A DNA stretch of 56,486 nt from Anaerolineae bacterium (GTDB taxonomy: Bacteria; Chloroflexota; Anaerolineae; Aggregatilineales; JAFGMM01), in the NCBI GenBank assembly GCA_034435135.1, contig DAOTXU010000393.1:1-56486 (forward strand), given 5' to 3'. A program made the translations under genes and the position numbers. The first letter of the stretch is position 1. Every line of letters starts with the position of its first letter. Of the stretch, positions 35,429 to 44,720 are shown in pieces. Under the pieces are notes generated by a model, which saw nothing but the letters and a program-made list of their open reading frames with translations, was not told the DNA's origin and searched no databases.

Positions 35429-36571
35429 TTATCGTCGCCGCGGAAGTGTAAGCGCGCGCTTGTAGACTTCTATTACTTCGCGCGCAATCTTGTCCCAGGA
35501 AAAATGCATAATACGCTCATATCCCAGCGCTTGCAGGCGCTTGTGCTCAGCGGGGTCGCTGAGCACAGATTGGAGGTTGTTGGCCATGGCAGTGAAGTCA
35601 TTCACATCGCTCAGCAGGGCAGCGTCGCCCACAACCTCGGGGATCGCGCCGCGATCCGAGGCCACCACCGGCGCGCCACAAATCATGGCTTCCAACAAAG
35701 GCAGGCCGAGTCCTTCGTACCAGGAAGGGAAAGCGAGCGCGCGCGCCATGCTGTATAGCGCGTACAGGTCTGTGTTGGATGGGCGGATGAGCGCCTGCGC
35801 GTAGCCAGCCGTGATCGCCTCCTGAACCGGTTTGGGCAGAGCGGGTGTGCGTGAGAAGAACACAATCAAGTGGTTTTTGCGCAAGTCCTCCGGGAGGAGT
35901 TCCCAGGCCTTGACCAGTGCGCCGGGATTCTTGAGTGCGTCAGTTATTACGAAAGGTTTGCTCAGATTGTACTTTTGGCGCACTTCCGCCAGCGTCGCTT
36001 CGTCGTCAACCTTCTGAACTGCCGGGGAAGGGGGATGTGTCATGGCGACAATGCGGTCTGAATCGAAGCCGCTCATTCGAACGATGCGACTCTTCGAGTA
36101 ATTCGAGACCGTGATAAGCAAATCCGCTGCGTAGAGGGCGCGTCTTGAGCAGACGTGCAGATAGGTCATCATGACTATCGTTGATAAATCTTTCTTGCTG
36201 TTGCGAATGAGATAGGGTAGGGGCAGGAGGTTAACATGGTCGTGCAAAGTAATGACGGTGCGCGCTTTGGGCGGCCCGAAACCATAATTGGCCGGGAAAT
36301 GCACCACATCGAGGGAGTCCTGCGCCATCATCCGGCTGAGAGCGTAAGCATCGTTAAAAACGCTCGATAAAGCATTGCGGTAAGGCAGGTAACGCACCAT
36401 CGCATTCGCAGGGAGTTCGGTCAATTCGAAGGATCGCTTCGTATCCGCGTACAGAAAGAACTGGTGTTCAGGAGCCATCTGAACGAGAAGGGGCACAATA
36501 CACTCAACGTAGGTGTGCACACCACCAACGATGCCGTGTGACAGATAACGAACATCGATCCCGATACGCAT
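35429..36571 (-). CDS. Family-4 (GT-B) glycosyltransferase
   Basis: ATG 36571 (AAAGAGG 9 nt upstream) gives MRIGIDVRYLSHGIVGGVHTY. EGLGLPLLEAMICGAPVVASD motif. Alternative starts are ATG 36580 and GTG 36601. Markedly lower GC. Confidence 0.8.
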   Translation of the reverse strand: MRIGIDVRYLSHGIVGGVHTYVECIVPLLVQMAPEHQFFLYADTKRSFELTELPANAMVRYLPYRNALSSVFNDAYALSRMMAQDSLDVVHFPANYGFGPPKARTVITLHDHVNLLPLPYLIRNSKKDLSTIVMMTYLHVCSRRALYAADLLITVSNYSKSRIVRMSGFDSDRIVAMTHPPSPAVQKVDDEATLAEVRQKYNLSKPFVITDALKNPGALVKAWELLPEDLRKNHLIVFFSRTPALPKPVQEAITAGYAQALIRPSNTDLYALYSMARALAFPSWYEGLGLPLLEAMICGAPVVASDRGAIPEVVGDAALLSDVNDFTAMANNLQSVLSDPAEHKRLQALGYERIMHFSWDKIAREVIEVYKRALTLPRRR

Positions 36572-36597
36572 CGTTTCCATCCTCTTTGAAAGTCGAG

Positions 36598-38106
36598 TCA
36601 CGTCTGCGGTCTAAGCCGTCTTCCAACCATCTCGATCAGGCGTGTGCGCTCATCCCGGCTGTACGCGCCGGAGAACCAGACCGCAATTAAATACAACACT
36701 CCCGTAACCGGAAGGGTGACAAACAGGCCAAGACCTGCGTTGCGCATCACCAGCAGCAGCAGTCCCATCCCCAGAGCGGCGATAACGACGCGCAGCGACT
36801 TAAAGAATTGAAGGCCGCTGCCCATCCGCGTCCGAAAGAGGAGATAGAATAACACCAAACCGACTGCATCGGTCAGCACCGTAGCGAAACACGCGCCGAC
36901 AAGCCCCAGGGGGGGGATAAGCACGGCGTTCAGAACCACGTTGACGACTCCGACGAAGACGATGATGGTCGCTGAAGCTTTCTCTTGTCGGATCGCCATC
37001 GCCATGCTCGCTGCAAACGACGTATAGGTCACAAGCGGCACATCCCAGATTAAGATCGCAAACGCCAGCGCTGCGGGGAAAAGCCCTGGGTAGAGGAACC
37101 CGATGATCTGATCGCCCAGCAACGCGCCGCCAATCGCAATCGGCAACCCAAGCGTCAGGAGGACGCGCACGGTCATGTAGTACCAGGGACGGACCGACTC
37201 CGGGTTCCTGGCGTAGTCGTGCGCCAGGGTCGGAACGATAGCCGCGTTGAAAGCGCCAAACAAGTGAAGCGTCTGCGTCAGCCGGTAGGCTGTGTTATAC
37301 CACCCCACTGCCTCATCCGGGACGTAGGCGCTCAGGAAGACGGTATCGACCCGGAACGTCAACGACAGCGCGAGTTGAATGGCTCCGAAAGGCAAGCCAC
37401 CCCGAATGAGCGCCCACCACGCTCGGGGCGAGACGCGAAACCGCCCTGGTCCCAACTGGTGACGCCGGATAGCGATCAACTCTAGGCTGATCATGATGGG
37501 CATGACATAGAACTGCGGCACCAGCAACCACAGCCAGTTCAGGCCCAACAGCAGAAAAACGGCGACGGAGGCCATGTACAGGACCTGCATCACGACGTTG
37601 AGGACCGAGACGTAATCGAGGTGCTCATTGCCTGTAAGCACACTGATCAGGGGCGCATAAATCACCTGGAAAAAATACCCTGCCGTGTAAAGGGCAATGC
37701 CGATGACGATCTCGGTCGAGTATCCGTAAGCGACGCCTGCCACGACGGTAATGATAGAGGCGGCGGTCGCCATGACGATGCGCAGGGCTACTGTGTCCCA
37801 AAAGAGTTCAATCAACTTGCTGCGGTCGCGGGCGACCTCGCGGGCGAGATACTGGACGATGCCCAGGTCGCCGATGAACGCGAAAATACTCACCCATGCC
37901 AGGACAATCGAATAGCGCCCAAATTGCTCGCCGCCCAATGTGTTGATGACATAGACGTTGAACAGAAACCCGACCACCTTCAAGGTGAACTGAGCGCCCA
38001 GGCCGAATGCCGTGTTTCGCGCGATAATCCTGCCGGAGCGTTCTCTAGCCCCAGGTTGCGCTGCGATTGGCTGGCTCTTCCCATCCGCTGCTTGTTGCTC
38101 AAACAT
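36598..38106 (-). CDS. wzx: Wzx-type oligosaccharide flippase (MOP superfamily, polysaccharide biosynthesis protein)
   Basis: ATG verified at 38106. IARNTAFGLGAQFTLKVVGFLFNVYVINTLGGEQFGRYSIVLAW is a typical Wzx N-terminus. About 14 helices, 502 aa. Lower GC. Confidence 0.8.
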   Translation of the reverse strand: MFEQQAADGKSQPIAAQPGARERSGRIIARNTAFGLGAQFTLKVVGFLFNVYVINTLGGEQFGRYSIVLAWVSIFAFIGDLGIVQYLAREVARDRSKLIELFWDTVALRIVMATAASIITVVAGVAYGYSTEIVIGIALYTAGYFFQVIYAPLISVLTGNEHLDYVSVLNVVMQVLYMASVAVFLLLGLNWLWLLVPQFYVMPIMISLELIAIRRHQLGPGRFRVSPRAWWALIRGGLPFGAIQLALSLTFRVDTVFLSAYVPDEAVGWYNTAYRLTQTLHLFGAFNAAIVPTLAHDYARNPESVRPWYYMTVRVLLTLGLPIAIGGALLGDQIIGFLYPGLFPAALAFAILIWDVPLVTYTSFAASMAMAIRQEKASATIIVFVGVVNVVLNAVLIPPLGLVGACFATVLTDAVGLVLFYLLFRTRMGSGLQFFKSLRVVIAALGMGLLLLVMRNAGLGLFVTLPVTGVLYLIAVWFSGAYSRDERTRLIEMVGRRLRPQT

Positions 38107-38178
38107 GTCGCCCCACTATGCGTGCTACCTACGCCCAACCAGTGCCACACCTGATCTCCCTGGAAACGCCGCGCGGCA

Positions 38179-39249
38179 TCAAGGGATTTCAACGAAGTCG
38201 AGATGCTGGATATAGGTGAATTGCTCCGGCGGGTTCAGTCTTCCGTCTTGATGCACGTCGCTGTAATAGTGCAGACTGCGGTAGAAAGCCTGCTGCGGCG
38301 TGAGCGCTTGCAGCGTCCCCGCCAGAACATCCTTCCGAACAAAAAAAGCGTTGGTGCCGGTAGAGTCACAGCCCACCAGCGCGTAGCCTTTCTCGTGGGC
38401 GAGTTTGGTTAACGCTGTCAAGGAAGCGCCGAAGTAGAAACCGCTGTAGTGCCGGGTGAAGCGGTTGAGGCCGGGCTGATAGGGTATGGTCAGCGAGCGC
38501 TCAGGCCCATACACCGGGTTGTATTCCACCACCATCACGCGCGGCCTCACCACGTCGATGGCCTTCCAGACCCAGTAATCGTTGCTGTCAATATCGATGC
38601 TGAACAGATCAGGTTCGGGGACCACCTGATTCTCCAGGAGCGTCTGGTTGATGTTCTCCGGCGTGATGGTACGTTGAACAATCTTCACCTCGTCACGCCG
38701 CGCACCCAGCATCGCGTCGTAGTATTCACGCGCGCTCAGGGTATCGAACTCGTCCATCTCCATCAGCAGACCCCTCCAACCAAAGTTGATCGCCAGGTTG
38801 GCGGAATTGCACTCCCGGCCATCCTCAACCCCGAACTCCACGAAACAGCGATTGGTCGTGCCAACCTGGGAGAAAATGTAGAGCAGGATGCCATCTTCGC
38901 CGTTTTGCGAGTAGACGCTCAGTTCGTACCTGTTGATGACCGATTTCGGGTGGCACTCCGGCGCCATGTCCCGGTACCGGTCGTACAGCATCAGCGCGGT
39001 GATGCGCTGCATGTTCCGCTCCAGTTGCTCAACACGCCACTGCGCTTTTCGCAAGAATCGGAGCAAACGAAACGTGGTCAGCGGAAGAACAATCGGCAGC
39101 AGCCACTTCGCCGGTCGTTTCATCGCTCTGAACACGAATTTCATCACCGACCGAGCCAGGACGACCACCGTGCTCTGCCGTTCAGACGGCAGGCTCTTGG
39201 GTCTCTGCCTCTCCGGTGTAAGCGTCCTTGAACTGTCAAGCTGGTCCAT
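38179..39249 (-). CDS. Protein of unknown function with an N-terminal membrane anchor; possibly an FkbM-like/class I methyltransferase-fold enzyme
   Basis: ORF 38179..39297. ATG 39249 has AGGAGG 6-7 nt upstream; ATG 39144 (MKFVFRAMKRPAKWLLPIVLPL) is the alternative. Motifs YSQNGEDGILLYIF and CFVEFGVEDGRECNSANL remind me of FkbM-type methyltransferases, but I cannot confirm this. Confidence 0.45.
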   Translation of the reverse strand: MDQLDSSRTLTPERQRPKSLPSERQSTVVVLARSVMKFVFRAMKRPAKWLLPIVLPLTTFRLLRFLRKAQWRVEQLERNMQRITALMLYDRYRDMAPECHPKSVINRYELSVYSQNGEDGILLYIFSQVGTTNRCFVEFGVEDGRECNSANLAINFGWRGLLMEMDEFDTLSAREYYDAMLGARRDEVKIVQRTITPENINQTLLENQVVPEPDLFSIDIDSNDYWVWKAIDVVRPRVMVVEYNPVYGPERSLTIPYQPGLNRFTRHYSGFYFGASLTALTKLAHEKGYALVGCDSTGTNAFFVRKDVLAGTLQALTPQQAFYRSLHYYSDVHQDGRLNPPEQFTYIQHLDFVEIP

Positions 39250-39451
39250 CCACAGCCTCCTGCTGCGTTTTGGGTCCAACGGTACCAGTGGTGCCAAACG
39301 CCTGCTGGACAGCGGGCGTCAGGATGTTGAAGCTGGAGATCATCCCGTTCGGGTACATCGAACCGGCGAGCGAGTCCAGGCAGGCAAAAGTGTTCCGCCA
39401 GCCGTCCCAGTTCACGATCACCATCGCCGCGTTGGGCCGGGTCGTCGTCAC
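39236..39451 (-). pseudogene. 71-codon remnant of a family-2 glycosyltransferase N-terminus
   Basis: The translation (M/V)TTTRPNAAMVIVNWDGWRNTFACLDSLAGSMYPNGMI aligns residue-for-residue with MTATKPKVAIVLVNWNELHHTLPCLESLAGLQYPNVWTI of the intact GT2 at 41316..42239. Where DNGSTDNS should follow it reads FNILTPAV, and it stops 30 codons later. The GTG start overlaps the AsnB-like stop (GTGA). Confidence 0.55.
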
Positions 39452-41256
39452 GCCTTCCTCCTACCCTGCGCCAGCACCCGCTTCTTGAACAGGTCAAACG
39501 TGAGCAGATTCCAGGTGAACCAATCCGGCTGCTTGAGCTTCTGCTCGAAGTCGGCCTGATCCAGAAAGGCCGGCCGCTCGATGGCTTGCACCCGGTCGCG
39601 CAGGGGGCCGCTGCACATCCACGCCAGCAGATCTTCATAGAAGCCGCTGGTCATCTTCGTCTTATCCAGCCGGTAGGTGGATTTTGACTCCAGGATCGTC
39701 TTCGGAATGGGCTTGACGCGATGCTTGAAGTAATAGCGCTGCCCTGGGTGGACGGCCATGACCGCCGTGAGCAGGGTAGTGTCTATATATGGAAAGGCCA
39801 ATTCCCGCCCAAAGGCCAGCATAGCCTGTTGCCAGAGCGCCGCCGTGTCGTACTGGTTGCTGAGCGTCGCCACGACGTGCGCCTTCTCGTTCAGGTCTTG
39901 GGTGTCCAGGTACTTGACTTCCAAAGCCTGGCGGTAAACCAGCGCCTCGCGGACTTTCGCCTGTCCGAACGCCCGGCGCATCACGTCCCAATCGGTGTAT
40001 GCGCTGACGTTCAGCGGGTAGTGCGGCGAGGCGGGGTCGTCGAGGCTTTCGAGCACGTCGGCCATGTAGCCAGCGCCGTAGGACTTGGACTGCCAGACGG
40101 GCGCGAGCGCCGCGCTCACCCAACGCAACGCCTTCGGCGGCCAGTGGCGGTATCGCGTCTGCGCCTGATGGAACTCCTTCGCCTTCGACGCGCCGTGCAG
40201 CACGTCGGCCCCGCCGCCCATGAACAGGAAGGTGAACCCGTTCGCCTGTGCATACCGCGCCACCGGGATCGCGCAAGGCACCGGCTCGTGGTGTGGCGGC
40301 TGCCCCAGGATTTCGATAGCCTGGACCAGCAGATCGGCGTACTGTACTGGCGTCACCTCAACGAGGTGGTGGTCGGCACCCAGGATGCCGGCTGCCTCAT
40401 ACGCATATTCCACCTCGCGGCTGAAGAGCGGCGTCATCATCGCATAGCTGAGGGTCGGAAAAGGCTTCGGCGCGGCAGGGTGCTGGTTGATCGCCAGTTG
40501 CAGCGTCGAAGAGTCCACGCCTCCGGACAGCATCGTGGTCGCGCGCCGCTCCCCGCCGTTGACGTAACAGCCCATCACCGCGACCATTTGTTCAAAGTAG
40601 TGCGCAACGGTCGCGTCGTCCACGGGCCGGTAGACGTCGGGGCGATAGGCGCGCAGGTCGCGCACGAGCGCGCTGCCGAAGTCGCCTTCGCGCCAGGTGA
40701 AGACCGCGCCGTGATCGACCCGGTACACGTCGCGCAGGTAGGTTTGATGGCCCGGCACTGACCGGAAGATGAAGTGCAGCGGCACCGCTTCGGGGTTCAG
40801 TTGCGGGCCATCCGACGTGCCGTCGAGCAGGTCGGCCATCAGCCGCAGGTTATTGGCGCACAGAAAATGATCACCGTCGGTCCAGTAATAGAGTTGCGGC
40901 ACACTGAGCAGGGTCTTAAACGCGCAGAAATGCGGCGCCCGCTTGCTGAAACACAGCAGCGCCGCGTTACCCTCGATGACCTCGTATTGCGCGCCCGTCG
41001 GCGTGATCCAGCCGCGTTCGAGGATGGTTTCCGTGGAGAGCAGCGCGCTCCCATCATGAACCTGCCCCAACTTGATGCAGATCGTTGCGTCGTTCTCGGC
41101 CACGTCGGCATAGACGGGCATAGTGTAGAAAAAGTAACCGCGCTCGCCGATGCGCACTGTGCACACGCCGTCCAGGCTGTTCACCTGTGCTTCCAGTTCG
41201 AGCGGCGCGGGCGTTGTGATCCAGCCAAAGGCCAGAAAGGGATGCTCATTAGCCAT
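39448..41256 (-). CDS. Asparagine synthetase B-like amidotransferase/adenylating enzyme lacking the N-terminal Cys nucleophile
   Basis: ATG 41256 (AGGGGA about 10 nt upstream) gives MANEHPFLAFGW. PP-loop TMLSGGVDSSTLQ. Overall length is typical of AsnB. Confidence 0.75.
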   Translation of the reverse strand: MANEHPFLAFGWITTPAPLELEAQVNSLDGVCTVRIGERGYFFYTMPVYADVAENDATICIKLGQVHDGSALLSTETILERGWITPTGAQYEVIEGNAALLCFSKRAPHFCAFKTLLSVPQLYYWTDGDHFLCANNLRLMADLLDGTSDGPQLNPEAVPLHFIFRSVPGHQTYLRDVYRVDHGAVFTWREGDFGSALVRDLRAYRPDVYRPVDDATVAHYFEQMVAVMGCYVNGGERRATTMLSGGVDSSTLQLAINQHPAAPKPFPTLSYAMMTPLFSREVEYAYEAAGILGADHHLVEVTPVQYADLLVQAIEILGQPPHHEPVPCAIPVARYAQANGFTFLFMGGGADVLHGASKAKEFHQAQTRYRHWPPKALRWVSAALAPVWQSKSYGAGYMADVLESLDDPASPHYPLNVSAYTDWDVMRRAFGQAKVREALVYRQALEVKYLDTQDLNEKAHVVATLSNQYDTAALWQQAMLAFGRELAFPYIDTTLLTAVMAVHPGQRYYFKHRVKPIPKTILESKSTYRLDKTKMTSGFYEDLLAWMCSGPLRDRVQAIERPAFLDQADFEQKLKQPDWFTWNLLTFDLFKKRVLAQGRRKA

Positions 41257-41315
41257 GGATACGTTTCCCCTGATGCTGTTCAACACCACCCAATTCCTGT
41301 AATCTCACCCTAAAC

Positions 41316-42239
41316 TCATTTGGTGGACAGTTGCGCCTTGCCAAGCCGCCCTCGGAAGAAGTCGCCGACGGCCTGGAGCATCGCGTCGCGCTGAGGGCGC
41401 TTGTGCCGCCACTTGCGCCGCAAGCTCCAGCTTGCCAGCGTGCGCACATATTCAAGCGTGAGGTGCGCCCAGGCCATCGCTCCCGCGCCCGAATAGTGCA
41501 GGAACAGCAGCCGGTTGCGGGTCATGTAATAGTGCACGCCGGGCGACGCTTCCCGCTGCGTGAGCGAAATCTTGTGCCAGATTTTCGCCTTTGGCACGTG
41601 CACAATGCCCACGCCCGCCTTTGACGCCCGCGCGCACCACTCTGTCTCCTCATAATAGATGAAGAAGCGGGGATCCAGCAGCCCCACCCGTCTCAGCACC
41701 GCCTGATCCACGAACAGAGCGCAGCCTGTCACAAAGTCCACCCGGCGCGGCGTCTCCCCGAGCTGTCCCCGGTCGATCTCGTTGACGCTGAGCATGTGCG
41801 CGTCGCCGCGCCGCCAGTCGATTGCGCCCCCCGCGGACCAGATGCGCTCCGGGTCCTCGTGGTAGTAAATCGTCGGCCCGGCCACGCCCACCGCGGGGTC
41901 CGCCTCGACCGCCTCCACCAGCAGATCGATCACGTCCGGCGCGACGAGGGTGTCGTTGTTGAGCAAGAGCACATAGTCCGCCCTACCGTCCAGCGCGCAC
42001 TCCATGCCGGCGTTGTTGCCGCCCGTGAACCCCATGTTCTCCTTCAGCGGGATCCGGGTGACTTGCGGGTGCTCACGCCGGATGACCTCGACGGAATTGT
42101 CCGTCGAACCGTTGTCCACCACGATGGTCCACACGTTGGGATATTGCAACCCCGCAAGCGATTCCAGGCAGGGGAGGGTGTGATGTAACTCGTTCCAGTT
42201 CACAAGCACAATCGCCACTTTGGGTTTTGTCGCCGTCAT
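41316..42239 (-). CDS. Family-2 (GT-A) glycosyltransferase
   Basis: ATG verified at 42239. VAIVLVNWNELHHTLPCLESL...TIVVDNGSTDNS...LLLNNDTLV. Confidence 0.85.
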   Translation of the reverse strand: MTATKPKVAIVLVNWNELHHTLPCLESLAGLQYPNVWTIVVDNGSTDNSVEVIRREHPQVTRIPLKENMGFTGGNNAGMECALDGRADYVLLLNNDTLVAPDVIDLLVEAVEADPAVGVAGPTIYYHEDPERIWSAGGAIDWRRGDAHMLSVNEIDRGQLGETPRRVDFVTGCALFVDQAVLRRVGLLDPRFFIYYEETEWCARASKAGVGIVHVPKAKIWHKISLTQREASPGVHYYMTRNRLLFLHYSGAGAMAWAHLTLEYVRTLASWSLRRKWRHKRPQRDAMLQAVGDFFRGRLGKAQLSTK

Positions 42240-42285
42240 AAATCCTCGCTTTCAAAGGTGTAGTGAGACCAACTATGCATGAGGC

Positions 42286-43293
42286 TTATTGACGCCACGC
42301 CGGCGGCATGTTGATCGCCACTTCGATGTTTTCAAACTTCTTGCTGGTCCGCGCGCCCACGCGATGCACCCACGCCGCCATCCGGCATAACCCTTCTTCC
42401 AACGGGGTCTGCGGAAGCTTGCCGAAGACCTCTTGAGCCGCCGTGTGATCGCTATAGGCAACCTTGACCTCTTTGCGCGCGTCGAGGTGGACCACCGGAT
42501 GGGTCGGAACTCCCATCGCCGACGCAACCGCGGCGGCCAGGTGATTGACCGTATATGGGGTGTCTGCGCCGACGTTGAACACGCGGTTATAGGCCGCTTT
42601 GGTTACGGGCGCGGCGGCGAGGGGGCCAACGATGTCGCCGATGTAACTGAAAGCGCGTTGCTGCTCGCCGTCCCCGAATATGGTCATGGGCAAACCCTGG
42701 AGGATCTGGTTCATGAAGATGCCCACGACGTTGCGATACTTGTCGCCGATGTTCTGGTACTCGCCGTACACGTTATGCGGTCTGAAAACCACGTAGTTCA
42801 ACCCAAACATTCGGTGCGCCGCCATGAGATCCAGCTCGACTGCGTACTTGGCGATCCCGTAAGGATCCTCCGGTTCTGGCACGGTGTCCTCGCGCATCGG
42901 GACCTGGCTTGGGCCGTACACGGCGATGGAACTGGTAAAGACAAAACACTCCACGTCATGCTTAACTGCCTCGTTGATGAGGTTCACGCTGCCGATCAGG
43001 TTGTTAGTATAGTTGAAGCGCCGGATAAAATGGCTCAGGCCCTCGGCGGCGTAGGCGGCCAGGTGATAAACATAGTTAAACGAATGCTCCGCGAACAGCG
43101 CGGCGATCAACTCTGCGTCAGTCACCGACCCGTGCACAAACTTCACGTCCTCCGGCAGGTTATCCCGGTAACCCCCGGACAGGTCGTCTAAAGCCACGAT
43201 CTCGCAATCCCCAGACGACAGCAATTTTCGCACCAGGTTAGCGCCGATGAAACCGGCAGCGCCTGTCACCAGCGCAACTTTCCTTGTCGTCAT
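42286..43293 (-). CDS. NAD-dependent nucleotide-sugar epimerase/dehydratase (extended SDR)
   Basis: ATG 43293 (GGAGG 7 nt upstream) gives MTTRKVALVTGAAGFIGANLVRKLL. Catalytic PYGIAKYAVE (YxxxK). Confidence 0.85.
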   Translation of the reverse strand: MTTRKVALVTGAAGFIGANLVRKLLSSGDCEIVALDDLSGGYRDNLPEDVKFVHGSVTDAELIAALFAEHSFNYVYHLAAYAAEGLSHFIRRFNYTNNLIGSVNLINEAVKHDVECFVFTSSIAVYGPSQVPMREDTVPEPEDPYGIAKYAVELDLMAAHRMFGLNYVVFRPHNVYGEYQNIGDKYRNVVGIFMNQILQGLPMTIFGDGEQQRAFSYIGDIVGPLAAAPVTKAAYNRVFNVGADTPYTVNHLAAAVASAMGVPTHPVVHLDARKEVKVAYSDHTAAQEVFGKLPQTPLEEGLCRMAAWVHRVGARTSKKFENIEVAINMPPAWRQ

Positions 43294-43357
43294 GTCCATC
43301 CCTCCGCAAGTTTGAGATGTCAGGGAAGTCTTCTTGCCTTCCACAAAGAGATTCACG

Positions 43358-44704
43358 CTAAGCCTGGGCCAGGGCCGAAGCCCGGTCACCGATGGCGCGC
43401 GCATAGACTTCCTCAAGCTCGTTCACTTCCTCGTCCACCGTCTTGATCGGGGGCAGCGCCCCGGCGAAGCGGTCCACCAGCGCCGGGTCATCGGTCAGGC
43501 GTTGCAGACAGGCCGCCAGCGCGCGGGCGTTCCCGGCCTCGAACACGAGGCCGTTGACCTCGTGGTTCACCAGTTCGGCCATGCCGCCCAGGTCGGAGGC
43601 CACCACCGGCGTGCCCGCTACAAACGCTTCGAGGATGCTGTTGGGGCTGTTCTCGTACCACAGCGAGGGCACCACCAGCGCGTCCAGCCCCGCAAGCACC
43701 CGGCCCACATCGGCGCGCCCGTACTGGCCCTCAAAGTGGATGCGCGCGTCGTCGCCGGCCATGTGGCGCAAGTGGGTCGCGTAGTCTGGGAAGCGCGCCA
43801 GGTCGCCATAGATGAAGAGTTCCGCCCTGCCCCGCAGCGCCTTGAACGCTTCGAGCAACACGTGGACGCCCTTGTGCGGCGACACCTGCCCGGCGAAGCC
43901 GACCCGCAGCGCCTCGCCGCGCGGCGCGCGTTCGTAAGGCGCCCACTGGCTCACGTCCAACCCCTGACGCATGAACACGAAGCGCTCGCCCCGGAACCCT
44001 TCACGCTCGTACAGGCTTTTCAAGAACTGCGAGGGCGAGATGACCCAATCGACCCTGCCGAACGCGCGCCGCAGGTAGGCGCGCCGCTCCTGCATCCCGG
44101 CGGCCGCCTCTGCCACCCCGGTGAGCTTGCGCGCAGCCTCGCCCCGCCACACGCGGAGCATCGCCCGGCCAAACCGCCCGCCGGTCAATTGATCCGGCAA
44201 CCTGAAACGGCGCTGACCCTGCGCCAGGCAGAGCACGCATTCCATCGGGTCGGCGGGCACATCGCACAGCGCCCCCCCCGCGCGCACCAGCGTCAGGCGC
44301 GGGCACAGGAACCAGAAATCGGTCAGCGTCAACACCACCGGCAGCCCGGCGGCCTTCGCCGCCTCGATAGCTGCGCCGGTCATCAGATACCCGCCGATGA
44401 GGTGCATGAGTTCCGCGCCCCATGCGCGCACGAACGCGCTCACCGCCGCGCCGATGGCCGGGTTGGCGTACTCCCAGTGGAACGGCAGGCGTTCGACGTT
44501 CACACCCAGGCGGCGCACCGGCACGCCCTGGAACACCTCGTCGCTGGCGGTCGGCTCCACGCCGAAGCGCGCGTCGTGCTCCACCGCGATCACGCGGGCG
44601 TCGTGCCCACGACTGATCAGCGCGCGCGCAGTGCGATAGGCGCGCCACTCAGCGCCGCCCTGGTAGCGCGGCGGGAAGTGATGGACGGCGATGGCGATTT
44701 TCAC
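43358..44704 (-). CDS. Family-4 (GT-B) glycosyltransferase
   Basis: GTG 44704 (AAGGG 8 nt upstream) gives (M)KIAIAVHHFPPRYQGGAEW. YENSPNSILEAFVAGTPVVASD (ExxxxxxxE) motif. The TTG-started upstream extension to 44770 would overlap the AsnB-like gene. Confidence 0.8.
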   Translation of the reverse strand: MKIAIAVHHFPPRYQGGAEWRAYRTARALISRGHDARVIAVEHDARFGVEPTASDEVFQGVPVRRLGVNVERLPFHWEYANPAIGAAVSAFVRAWGAELMHLIGGYLMTGAAIEAAKAAGLPVVLTLTDFWFLCPRLTLVRAGGALCDVPADPMECVLCLAQGQRRFRLPDQLTGGRFGRAMLRVWRGEAARKLTGVAEAAAGMQERRAYLRRAFGRVDWVISPSQFLKSLYEREGFRGERFVFMRQGLDVSQWAPYERAPRGEALRVGFAGQVSPHKGVHVLLEAFKALRGRAELFIYGDLARFPDYATHLRHMAGDDARIHFEGQYGRADVGRVLAGLDALVVPSLWYENSPNSILEAFVAGTPVVASDLGGMAELVNHEVNGLVFEAGNARALAACLQRLTDDPALVDRFAGALPPIKTVDEEVNELEEVYARAIGDRASALAQA

Positions 44705-44720
44705 AAGGACACCCTTTTCA

